From positions 9,617-73,616 of the forward strand of contig JAAZXW010000012.1 of NCBI GenBank assembly GCA_014239955.1: 64,000 nt of DNA, in the 5' to 3' direction. The translations under genes and the position numbers were made by a program. The stretch is from Methanobacteriota archaeon. GTDB lineage: Archaea > Thermoplasmatota > Poseidoniia > Poseidoniales > Thalassarchaeaceae. Below, in pieces: positions 17,964 to 26,889 of the stretch. The stretch's first letter is position 1. Each line of letters starts with the position of its first letter. Below the pieces are notes generated by a model. It saw nothing but the letters and a program-made list of their open reading frames with translations. It was not told where the DNA came from and searched no databases.

Positions 17964-18063
17964 GTCCCTTCGTGAGGCATGTCACAAATTAGTTTGACCA
18001 TATGGTACCGAAAACTGGCACTTCCGAAAAAACCGTTAATACAGCCATTCTTCTTCGGCAACC

Positions 18064-21000
18064 ATGAGCACCCAGTATGAACCCAAAAGAACCCTTGCGC
18101 TAGTCCTAACTTTACTGTTCCTAGGAATGTCCATGTCCATGGGATTTCAATCCGAATATAGAGAGGAAATAGACGACAAAATTGTCTCCGCGAATACCCA
18201 CTCTGGCCTCAACTTCCCAGGCTCAACCGTAGGGTCGATACATTCCCTGACTGCAATTGGAGCAGCGTTTAACTACACCTGTGTGGTTATGGACAATAAT
18301 CAGATGAAATGCTGGGGTAGAGACTCAGGCTCGGGATACTTGGGGAACGGGGGCGACAATCAGAACGAACACACTCCAGTCAGCGTCAACCAAGTTGACA
18401 CAGACGGGTGCTGCCTCACTGACATCATTGAGACGAGTCCTGGCGGTCATCATACAGCTGCCCTGACGTCAAACGGCACGACGTACGTCTGGGGCGAGGA
18501 CAGCAATGGTCAGATCGGCCATAACCACATTAGTTGCGGCGGCTCATGTTCAAGTCCACATGGTCCTTCTTACATGCCCGGGAGTAGGACTTTCATCACT
18601 GTGGTTACCGGTCTTCATCACACTTGTGCTATAACGGAACCAGATATGGCCGTATGGTGCTGGGGGGACAACTCGAAAGGTCAGCTAGGAACCGGTGACA
18701 ACGATAGAAGAACCGCTCCGACTCAAATCGAACTCCCTACGGGTCGGCATGCGGTATCGGTAAGTGCCGATTTCGACTCTACCTGCGTCATCCTCGACAA
18801 TGGCAGCGGGATGTGCTGGGGGCAGAACTTCAACGGTCATCTCGGTGACGGGACATATAACAACAGGAACGTCCCTACGCCTATGTCTGTGATTCCAAAT
18901 AACCGCTCTTTGGCCGCACTCGATCTTGGCGCATTCCACACATGCGGGATCCTCGACGACGGGTCGGTGCATTGCTGGGGATCGAATGATCGCGGGCAGG
19001 TCGGTGATGGCAGCACAAACAACTCTACCTACCCAAGGGCCGTACAATTGCCCCAGGGAAGAACAGCAATATCGATAGATGTCGGAAATGCACACAGCTG
19101 CGCTATTCTCGATGATAGTAGTGCAATGTGCTGGGGGTGGAACGATTACGGCCAGCTCGGTGACGGCACCACAAACAACAGTTCGACTGCCGTAACCGTC
19201 GTGATGCCATCTGGACTAGGATTGGCCGAAATATCGGCGGGTGCCCGTCATACCTGCGCGGTCGCGACCAATGCGTCGGTATACTGCTGGGGGGCCCATG
19301 TAGAGGGAACACTCGGACTGGGCGAAGGCGTCGACAGCGACGTGCCAGCATATGTCGATCTTGGTGCCGGTAGACACGCTTTGATGAGCGAGAGAGACAA
19401 TGACGACGATGGGATAGTCAACATCCTCGATCCGTTCCCCGAAGGCTGCATCCCCGGGACCTACGATGCAAACGGGTATTGCCTCGATGCCGATCCAGGA
19501 CACTACGCTGACGGAGTTCATCCCTACGAGCAATTCCCATGCAGCCTTGGGACATACCAGCCAAGCTTCGGTCAGACAGATTGCATTGATGCCAGTGAAG
19601 GCAACTTCGTTGGGAATGCAGGCTCTTCTGCTCAAACCGCCTGCGAAGCCGGTAGCTACCAACCGGATTCAGGCCAAGCCTCCTGCTTACTCGCTGAACC
19701 GGGCAACTATGTTTCGGACGAAGCATCAATTCGTCAGAATCAATGCTCTGCAGGATCCTACCAACCGTCATCAGGAGCAACCGGGTGCAATGATGCAGAC
19801 CCGGGATACTTCGTGATAGGTTTCGCCTCTGTGGAGCAGACTCCCTGCCTGCCGGGGACATACCAGATGCTGTCCGGAGCGAACTCCTGCTTCCAGGCAG
19901 GACCCGGATTCTTCGTCCCAGATGAGGGCTCAGATTCCCAACAGCAATGCCAATCGGGCACATATTCCTCCCAGATGGGGCAGGCAAATTGCACCGTGGC
20001 CTCACCAGGACACTTCGCAGATGGGTTGCAGCAGACCTCGCAGTCCCCATGCCAACCGGGTGAATTCCAGAACTCTTCGGGACAGGAATCTTGCTTGGAG
20101 ACCGATCCGGGATACTATACCGATCAGGAGGGTTCAGCCGACCAGAACCCATGCGAAGCCGGGAGCTACCAGCCGGATTCCGGCCAGAGCTCTTGCATTC
20201 TCACTGAGGCCGGATACTACTCGGCAGCAGCAGGGGCGACCTCCCAGACACAATGCCAGAATGGGACCTATTCCTCAGAGCTAGGACAGGCTGCCTGCAC
20301 TCCTGCCGAACCGGGTTACTACGTAGACTTGGATGGCGCCATTGGCGCTACCCCCTGCCCCCCCGGACAGTTCCAGTCCGAAAACGGGTCTTCGGGATGC
20401 GAGTCCCCTCCTCCCGGGCAAGTGGCTAGCCCGGATGGTTCGACCACCTCAGCTTGCCCCACTGGGAAGTACCAGCCAGGTGGACAAATGAACTGCATAG
20501 AAGCATCTCCGGGTAACTACGTAAACCAGTCCGGGGCATCTTCGCAGACACAATGTGAAGCAGGGTCATTCCAATCCCAACCGGGTCAGTCCACATGCGA
20601 GTTGGCCAGCCCGGGCAACTACGCAGATTCGACTGGTTCGACCAGTCAGACCCCTTGCTCCAAGGGCGAGTACCAGTCCTTCGGCGGGCAGGACTCCTGT
20701 ATGCCCGCCATGCCTGGAAACTACGTCCCAGAGGAGGGGGCCCAGTCCCAGACCACTTGCAAGCCCGGGAATTACCAACCAGATGGAGGGGCGGACAGCT
20801 GCACCCCCTCAGACCCCGGCAGCTTTGTCTCGAATTCGGCCGCGATTTCGCAGAACCCATGCCAACCCGGGACATACCAATCGGCAGAGGGGAAGATTGC
20901 CTGCCTGCCAGCGGATCCCGGTAACTACGTTTCAGAGACCGGCTCAACTGAGCAGTCCAAGTGTCCATCCGGAACAGAGCAGGAGCTCGGCGGGCAGACC

Positions 21001-21165
21001 GCCTGCGACCCCATCGAGAGGCCCCTTTGGTTGACCATCCTCATGTTCGGTGTCCCTGCAATCGTAGTTGGCACCATGGCAATCCTCTATATTGGAAACA
21101 AGAAGAAAGCGGAGGGTGGCCAGCGTGGAAAGGCATACATGTACTCAGAGGACATCAGGAAGTAG
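18064..21165 (+). CDS. Cell-surface protein: signal/anchor, 7-blade RCC1-like beta-propeller, about 16 Cys-rich ephrin-receptor-like (GCC2/GCC3-type) repeats, C-terminal TM anchor
   Basis: Seven CWG-x-N-x-x-GQLGDG-type repeats lie in aa ~58-445. DNDDDGIVNILD is a Ca-binding-like loop. Repeats of the form C-x-x-G-x-Y-Q-x5-6-C-x3-PG-x-Y/F run through aa 462-981. The TM segment is LWLTILMFGVPAIVVGTMAILYI, followed by a basic tail. Confidence 0.8.
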   Translation: MSTQYEPKRTLALVLTLLFLGMSMSMGFQSEYREEIDDKIVSANTHSGLNFPGSTVGSIHSLTAIGAAFNYTCVVMDNNQMKCWGRDSGSGYLGNGGDNQNEHTPVSVNQVDTDGCCLTDIIETSPGGHHTAALTSNGTTYVWGEDSNGQIGHNHISCGGSCSSPHGPSYMPGSRTFITVVTGLHHTCAITEPDMAVWCWGDNSKGQLGTGDNDRRTAPTQIELPTGRHAVSVSADFDSTCVILDNGSGMCWGQNFNGHLGDGTYNNRNVPTPMSVIPNNRSLAALDLGAFHTCGILDDGSVHCWGSNDRGQVGDGSTNNSTYPRAVQLPQGRTAISIDVGNAHSCAILDDSSAMCWGWNDYGQLGDGTTNNSSTAVTVVMPSGLGLAEISAGARHTCAVATNASVYCWGAHVEGTLGLGEGVDSDVPAYVDLGAGRHALMSERDNDDDGIVNILDPFPEGCIPGTYDANGYCLDADPGHYADGVHPYEQFPCSLGTYQPSFGQTDCIDASEGNFVGNAGSSAQTACEAGSYQPDSGQASCLLAEPGNYVSDEASIRQNQCSAGSYQPSSGATGCNDADPGYFVIGFASVEQTPCLPGTYQMLSGANSCFQAGPGFFVPDEGSDSQQQCQSGTYSSQMGQANCTVASPGHFADGLQQTSQSPCQPGEFQNSSGQESCLETDPGYYTDQEGSADQNPCEAGSYQPDSGQSSCILTEAGYYSAAAGATSQTQCQNGTYSSELGQAACTPAEPGYYVDLDGAIGATPCPPGQFQSENGSSGCESPPPGQVASPDGSTTSACPTGKYQPGGQMNCIEASPGNYVNQSGASSQTQCEAGSFQSQPGQSTCELASPGNYADSTGSTSQTPCSKGEYQSFGGQDSCMPAMPGNYVPEEGAQSQTTCKPGNYQPDGGADSCTPSDPGSFVSNSAAISQNPCQPGTYQSAEGKIACLPADPGNYVSETGSTEQSKCPSGTEQELGGQTACDPIERPLWLTILMFGVPAIVVGTMAILYIGNKKKAEGGQRGKAYMYSEDIRK
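19447..21006 (+). repeat. Array of about 16 tandem ~32-33-codon Cys-rich repeats inside the surface-protein gene
   Basis: Units such as CEAGSYQPDSGQASCLLAEPGNYV and CEAGSYQPDSGQSSCILTEAGYYS recur, also recognisably at DNA level (gaagccggnagctaccanccggattcnggcca). Confidence 0.8.
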
Positions 21166-21214
21166 TACTATCACAGACGCACCAGTTATGTGAAACGCTC
21201 ATCCAGGAGACCCC

Positions 21215-22261
21215 ATGAGGGACTACCCTGGAGACAGAGTTGACCTACGCAGTGACACAGTCACCCAGCCAACTCCGGGGATGAGGGAAGCGATGGCGAA
21301 GGCCATCGTAGGCGACGACGTCCTGGGGGACGATCCCACCGTAATAGAGCTACAGAACAGGTTGGCAGGGATGCTGGGCAAGGAGTCAGCCCTTTTCGTA
21401 CCCTCTGGAACCATGTCCAACGCGATTGCAATCAAGGCCCAGACGAGGCCCGGGGATGAGATCGTAACTCACCGCAAGAGCCACATCTACCTGTACGAGG
21501 CTGGGGGGTATGCCGCCCTTGCTGGTTGCTCCATCTCCTTGGTGGATGGGGAAAGGGGGCAGATGTTGCCAGATGACGTGCAAAGAGCCATCCGAAAGGT
21601 AGCAGGAAGCGACTCGCATTATCCCGACTGCAGTTTGGTGTGCGCTGAGAACACCGCCAACGTCGGTGGCGGTTCGATTTACGATCAGGAAATCCTGGAT
21701 TCCATTTGCGAAGTCGCAGTCAGGAACGACTGCCGCGCTCACCTAGATGGCGCTCGGATGTTCAACGCAGTTGTTGGCAGTGACTCCGATCCCGCTAGGA
21801 TGGTCAGGGACTTCGACACCATCTCCGTCTGCCTCTCCAAGGGCCTGGGTGCACCGGTAGGCTCGGTCCTTGTAGGAGATAGCGAGACCATTGCCGAGTC
21901 TCACAGGTGGAGGAAGATGTTCGGAGGCGGCATGAGGCAGTCAGGGATGCTCGCTGCAGGAGGGCTTTACGCTCTGGAGAACAACGTATCACGACTCTCC
22001 GAGGATCATGCCAGAGCTAGGTTGCTCGCAGAGGCAGTCAACGACATGGATAGATATTCGGTAGATCTCGGAGCAGTTCAGTCGAACATGGTCTATGTCG
22101 ACTGCGATGAGGGGGGTGCGAGGAACCTGGTCGAAAGGCTGTCGGAGAGGGGTGTAGACGTGCTAGACCTGTCCGAATCAACGGTAAGGGCCGTCGTCCA
22201 CCTACACATCACAGACGAGGACATAGATGGGACGATAGAGGCATTCGAAGACTCACAATAA
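21215..22261 (+). CDS. ltaE: Low-specificity L-threonine aldolase
   Basis: [42 protein letters not shown] and a candidate PLP Lys in [13 protein letters not shown]. Confidence 0.85.
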   Translation: MRDYPGDRVDLRSDTVTQPTPGMREAMAKAIVGDDVLGDDPTVIELQNRLAGMLGKESALFVPSGTMSNAIAIKAQTRPGDEIVTHRKSHIYLYEAGGYAALAGCSISLVDGERGQMLPDDVQRAIRKVAGSDSHYPDCSLVCAENTANVGGGSIYDQEILDSICEVAVRNDCRAHLDGARMFNAVVGSDSDPARMVRDFDTISVCLSKGLGAPVGSVLVGDSETIAESHRWRKMFGGGMRQSGMLAAGGLYALENNVSRLSEDHARARLLAEAVNDMDRYSVDLGAVQSNMVYVDCDEGGARNLVERLSERGVDVLDLSESTVRAVVHLHITDEDIDGTIEAFEDSQ

Positions 22262-22300
22262 CACGTAAGCGTTCAATAACACGCCCACTTCGAGAAACTT

Positions 22301-23260
22301 GTGAGACAACTCGCGGCACTCCTCCTGACGGCACTCATTGTACTGCCGATTCAGGCTTCAGCAGCCAGCGAGAACCTCTGGGATGATGCCAGGATAATCG
22401 ACGGGAAAGACGCATTCGCCGGAACCATCGGGGGGATATCCATCGATCTCACAAACGCCACCACCGATGCATCTGCCTCATCCGTAATTTCCGAATTGCC
22501 TAGCATCGTCGAGGTGTACACCGCCACTTGGTGCTTCAACTGCATCAAGACAGAACTGGCCTTGGACGAGGCGATCGGTGATCAGGACGTGACTAGGATT
22601 CACTACCACAGATACCTCTACGAGACACTGGACCCATTCGGAAGCAACTCGACAGACTCCAGGTGGGTCAACGCCTATGGAAGGGGCTCGGTATTGTCTA
22701 GCGAGACGCCCGTCTTGGACGGAATGGAACGGGCAGCCCCCTCCAAGGTTTTTGACGGCGAGAGGATGTACACTGGAATCAGCACCAGGTCCAACAGCCT
22801 GGTTACCGACTATTCAACCGCACTGGCACTGGGTTCTAGCCATCCGTTCGAACAAAACAGCTCATTCTCTCTCTCGGCAGATAGGGAAGGCGATTCGGAG
22901 GTTTTCTCCTTTGCTTGGAGCAATATGATTTCGTCCTCCATCGAAAACTGGGAAGTCAGTGGCTGGCTGCTGTTCGTTGAGGATATCGCCAACTTCCCAG
23001 ATGGAAGCAACGGGAAGGGGAACTACAGCCACGTCCTCCACGAGGCAGTCAACATCGGTTCGGACCAAATCGGCTCAATCCTCATCGATCCCCCCGAACC
23101 TTGGGATGGGGATGATATGTCTGTGATCCTAGTGGTGGATTGGACAACTCGCTCCCTGAATAGCGGCAATTCATTACCAGCACCGGCATTATCCACGCTA
23201 CTATGTGTGCTTGCCGCGTTGGTACCAAGACGCAACGGGGATTCTGAGCCAGTGCAATGA
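22301..23260 (+). CDS. Secreted thioredoxin-fold protein (DUF1223-like) with a C-terminal hydrophobic anchor
   Basis: Signal peptide LAALLLTALIVLPIQASA. VEVYTATWCFNCIKTE (CxxC) followed by HYHRYLYE. The C-terminus is LPAPALSTLLCVLAALVPRRN. GTG start. Confidence 0.4.
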   Translation: MRQLAALLLTALIVLPIQASAASENLWDDARIIDGKDAFAGTIGGISIDLTNATTDASASSVISELPSIVEVYTATWCFNCIKTELALDEAIGDQDVTRIHYHRYLYETLDPFGSNSTDSRWVNAYGRGSVLSSETPVLDGMERAAPSKVFDGERMYTGISTRSNSLVTDYSTALALGSSHPFEQNSSFSLSADREGDSEVFSFAWSNMISSSIENWEVSGWLLFVEDIANFPDGSNGKGNYSHVLHEAVNIGSDQIGSILIDPPEPWDGDDMSVILVVDWTTRSLNSGNSLPAPALSTLLCVLAALVPRRNGDSEPVQ

Positions 23261-23316
23261 GTGCTGACAGTTGGGTTGAATAACCCCCCCGAGCATGGTC
23301 AACGCTCGGAGATGAC

Positions 23317-23967
23317 ATGTTGTTGGCGCCAAGGGAACATTGTGTGACTAGCGAGGAAGTTCCTAGGGGCGCCATACCTGAATGGCTCAAAGAGCAGATC
23401 AGGCGTCAGTCATTGGGAACCCCAAGCACAGATCCGAATTCAAAGGGACGAGTTCTGGTAATCTACCCCACCGAGAAATCTAGAATGCAAGTACTGTCAT
23501 CAATCGATCTTCGAGGAGCAGTGGACCGAACCCTGCATCACACAATCGAGTCACTGATTCATTCTCTAGTCACTGACCTCAGGCTCCCTCGAGTGATGCC
23601 GAAGAACGGTCCACTGATGTCTGTAATTCACAGCGAGTGCAGAAAGGAAGCGACAAGGCTGGGCTTCCCACTCATCAACCCACTTCCCGATATGAAATGG
23701 AGCAAGGGGAAGACCGAGGCTCTGGCTGCACTCCACTACCAGCTTTCCAGGGAGATGGTGGCAGAGGAGTGGGATGGCCCCGGAATAGTGACCTTCAGGA
23801 GTGTCATCGAACGTCTAGAGGGAAAGCTCCGATTCACTCATCCGGATATGGCCGTTGTCCGAATAATCGACTCATTAGAGAGCGGAACCATTCCGTTCAC
23901 AGTCTCCGATATCGATGGAATCATCATGCTAGATCACTCTCCGGTGATTTGTCGAGCTCACACCTAG
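23317..23967 (+). CDS. AddB-like subunit, N-terminal fragment (216 aa), ending at an in-frame TAG
   Basis: Same reading frame as the next ORF. The junction reads ...cac acc TAG ATG ctc. There is no Walker A (VLVIYPTEKSR). IIMLDHSPV is placed like the degenerate motif II of AddB. Confidence 0.5.
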   Translation: MLLAPREHCVTSEEVPRGAIPEWLKEQIRRQSLGTPSTDPNSKGRVLVIYPTEKSRMQVLSSIDLRGAVDRTLHHTIESLIHSLVTDLRLPRVMPKNGPLMSVIHSECRKEATRLGFPLINPLPDMKWSKGKTEALAALHYQLSREMVAEEWDGPGIVTFRSVIERLEGKLRFTHPDMAVVRIIDSLESGTIPFTVSDIDGIIMLDHSPVICRAHT

Positions 23968-26889
23968 ATGCTCTTGTCCCTGTCCAAGCATCGCCCAATA
24001 CACCAACTCGCACATCCCGGAAACTTCCGTCTCGGCCACCATGGAAACCTTCTCGTCGATGAGCATCCAGTGAAAGACCCGAAGGATCTGCCACACTGGG
24101 TCCCCCACGACAGGACCCCTAGAAAGGAAGCCCCTACGGAAGTCAAAAGGCTCCTCCTCAGGAGGGAGGCCCATTCTTTCGAAGTCGCAGTCCGATTGGT
24201 TTCAGAGAGACTCAACCAAGGGGACGCAGAGGTCATCATCATCGACCCTGCCGTTGAAAAAAATAGGCACAGATGGGAACAGATTCTTGGGGTCATCGGA
24301 ATTAGCATGGAGAGGAGAGGCGAACCCCCTTCGTCCCATCCAATTGGTCACTGGATATTGTGCCTAGCAAACTTGGCACATGGGTCTGACGCATTTTCAC
24401 TTGAGAATCTTAGAGCCCTGTCACTTCAGACATCAGTCACCCCATTTGAAACTCCTTCAGAGCACCCCTCGGAGTCAGAAATCACCCCTTCCGCAGATTC
24501 CGAGTTACTTACAAAATTAGCTAGGAATGAACACGTCCTAGGCGGGCCGGGTGCTCTTTCCAAATGGATAGAGACACTTTCCCGACCGCCCTCCAACGAG
24601 AAAGATGGTCCAGTAAAGGAAGCATCACAATGGTGGCTCCTCTGCTTGGCGAATTCCCTTTGGCCCCTACTCCGTGGTCCGGACAGGGATCTAGTAAGTG
24701 ACTCGGGCCAACCGATCGGATGCCACACAGGTGAGCCACTCCCACTCCCAGACATCGCATCAGATGGCGATGGATGGCTGCAGAACATACTCTCACTGAT
24801 CGATCTTGATTCTGAGATGGAACGCTACAGAGGTCGGGGACTCTCCCCGGCAGCGGCAGTCCAGGCCCTTGTTCGTGACAGAGAGACCCTAAGAGAGATG
24901 CAGCGTAGATGTGGCCAAGAAATCCCAATGCTAGGCCCCGATTGGCTGGACGAACTAATCTCACTAGCCGAACAATCCTCTGCCATCACAGGTGGCCCAA
25001 ACTTTTCTGGGAATGTTTCTGTCCTGAGCCCAGAAGAGGCCCTTGGCTGCACATCCGAACTCATAGTGCTAGCGAACCTGTCCAGCTCTTCCTGGGACCT
25101 CAGAGTCCCCAAGGCACCGTTCCTAGGGGAGGGTGAACGCCACTCACTGGGGATTCTCAGGCCCGACAGCCCAATCAGAGATGCCAGGCACAGTTTGCAG
25201 CATATCTTGCACGCTTCTCCTGAGGTGGTAATTCTAGATCCAAGCATGGATGAAACTGCGCCGCCAGCTGCACCAATCAGGGAATGGGCCCGAGACTCTG
25301 AGATTGAAGGAAGCGAGTGGGGAGCATACCAAACCTCTGAACTAGAAACCTCCCCCAGAGACTCCAGGCAGGCCGATGGCTTGCTAATCAGAAAGGGCAA
25401 GACACCAGCCAAACCCCCAATCAACCCAAGCGCAGTATCCATTCCAACCGACCCCCACGTCCAGAGGGACCGCGAAAGAAGGCAGCCCTCCATTGCCGAT
25501 ATTGATGGGTACCTGCCTGACGACGCCAGAAAGCACATCTTCTCTCTCGAGGGTCTCAAATTCCATGGAAAAACCCCATCTGGAGTCGAAACCCCCAGGG
25601 ACAATCAAAGATGGCCAGTGGTAGGAGGGAAATTCGGTGGAAAAACAACCCCCTCGATTGACCCGAGACCACTCTCTCCAGTTTCAACCGGTTCATTGGT
25701 GAGCGACTCTAGACACGGGCACTCGGGAGATTCCTCACAGCATGTTTCTGTTTGGTCACCAACCAGACTTCAGACATGGTTGCGATGCCCTAGGATGGGA
25801 TGGCTATCTAGAGAACTGGGAGCAGGCAGGGAAGAATTGCAGGGAGAAGATATCGACAGCAGGACATACGGCGAACTCCTACACAACGTACATCACGACG
25901 TCATCGCACAAATACTGGGCTTTCCAACCAGCGAGGAACGAAATTTCGATGAAGCATCCGGACAAATCAGCGTACAGAGATCAGGATTGCATCCGAACGA
26001 GATCATGAAGGTCGCCCTCGAATCACTGGACTCCAGGGCCCCATGGCTGGAGAGGTCAGACGCAGTGTCCACTCAACGACTAAGGTCGTTGACTGGGATG
26101 ACCAGAGAGGATTGGAGCAGTTGGCTCGCAGATCCTTCACCGATACCTCCTGCTGGTAGGGTTGGAAGTATTGTCGCAGCAGAACTCGAGATAGGGGACT
26201 CGGCCCCGGTTTCCATCGAGTGGATGATTGGGAAAGATGACTCTGAGAACGTGGAGATTTCCATCCCCAACGAGCTTTCTAGTGAGGCCGGTATCCAGCC
26301 AATCAAGATCAGGGGGTGGATAGATCGAGTCGATCTGCTTCCACATGACTTGGAGTCTGGAAAGTGGATCAACAATGACGGGGACGACAGCGTCGCACCA
26401 ATCAGAGTTCACGGCTCAGGATGGAAGCCCAAGAGAATCGTTGCAATCAGGGATCTCAAGACCTCCGAATCGGCCTTGCCTAGGAACCGCCATTACAAGG
26501 GCCTTCTCGAAGAACTGCAACTTGCAATTTATGCCAGAGCATGGGAAGAAGCCCACCCAGGAGACTTGGTTCTTGCAGCAGGAATCTCTGTGATTGGACA
26601 CAACTCAGAACACCTTCTCGAGGTTTCCTCTCAATACTCCGACTCCCAAAAAGGAATCAATATTGGGACTAGATCGTCAATTACTTCCGCATCACACAGG
26701 TTCGCAGACGAGGACGAGGAAACTCAGAGCGATCACTTCAGATCATGGCTGGCGCAAAGGCTCTCGGTGGCTCTGAAGGTAGCTTCCAAAGCCAAGTCAG
26801 GAAAGGTGCATCCGACTCCATCTCCAGGAGTATGCGGGTATTGCCCAGTTAGAGAAACCTGCAATGTTAGGATGGAGGGAACATTTTGA
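23968..26889 (+). CDS. AddB-like helicase-nuclease subunit, C-terminal 973 aa, with a PD-(D/E)XK nuclease and Cys cluster
   Basis: Nuclease motifs WIDRVDLL, IRDLKT and QLAIYARAW. The Cys pattern WLRCPRMGW ... CGYCPVRETC (C-xn-C-x2-C-x5-C) matches the AddB/Cas4 iron-sulfur staple. Confidence 0.7.
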   Translation: MLLSLSKHRPIHQLAHPGNFRLGHHGNLLVDEHPVKDPKDLPHWVPHDRTPRKEAPTEVKRLLLRREAHSFEVAVRLVSERLNQGDAEVIIIDPAVEKNRHRWEQILGVIGISMERRGEPPSSHPIGHWILCLANLAHGSDAFSLENLRALSLQTSVTPFETPSEHPSESEITPSADSELLTKLARNEHVLGGPGALSKWIETLSRPPSNEKDGPVKEASQWWLLCLANSLWPLLRGPDRDLVSDSGQPIGCHTGEPLPLPDIASDGDGWLQNILSLIDLDSEMERYRGRGLSPAAAVQALVRDRETLREMQRRCGQEIPMLGPDWLDELISLAEQSSAITGGPNFSGNVSVLSPEEALGCTSELIVLANLSSSSWDLRVPKAPFLGEGERHSLGILRPDSPIRDARHSLQHILHASPEVVILDPSMDETAPPAAPIREWARDSEIEGSEWGAYQTSELETSPRDSRQADGLLIRKGKTPAKPPINPSAVSIPTDPHVQRDRERRQPSIADIDGYLPDDARKHIFSLEGLKFHGKTPSGVETPRDNQRWPVVGGKFGGKTTPSIDPRPLSPVSTGSLVSDSRHGHSGDSSQHVSVWSPTRLQTWLRCPRMGWLSRELGAGREELQGEDIDSRTYGELLHNVHHDVIAQILGFPTSEERNFDEASGQISVQRSGLHPNEIMKVALESLDSRAPWLERSDAVSTQRLRSLTGMTREDWSSWLADPSPIPPAGRVGSIVAAELEIGDSAPVSIEWMIGKDDSENVEISIPNELSSEAGIQPIKIRGWIDRVDLLPHDLESGKWINNDGDDSVAPIRVHGSGWKPKRIVAIRDLKTSESALPRNRHYKGLLEELQLAIYARAWEEAHPGDLVLAAGISVIGHNSEHLLEVSSQYSDSQKGINIGTRSSITSASHRFADEDEETQSDHFRSWLAQRLSVALKVASKAKSGKVHPTPSPGVCGYCPVRETCNVRMEGTF

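Noticed and set aside
19418-20152. 244-aa minus-strand ORF, and several 100-180-aa ORFs in other frames at 19216-21034
   Set aside because: They lie inside the GC-rich repeat region of the RCC1/Cys-repeat gene. Their Arg/Pro/Gly-rich composition is typical of off-frame translation.
23965-23967. In-frame TAG as a pyrrolysine codon
   Set aside because: No pylS/pylT/pylBCD genes and no methylamine methyltransferase context occur in the window. TAG is also used as an ordinary stop by at least one other gene in this window (pth2), and other genes end in TAA or TGA. This cannot be formally excluded without the whole genome, so nonsense mutation, sequencing error and a split gene remain the working explanations.
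24825-25604. 259-aa minus-strand ORF
   Set aside because: It is antisense within the AddB-like gene and has no motifs.
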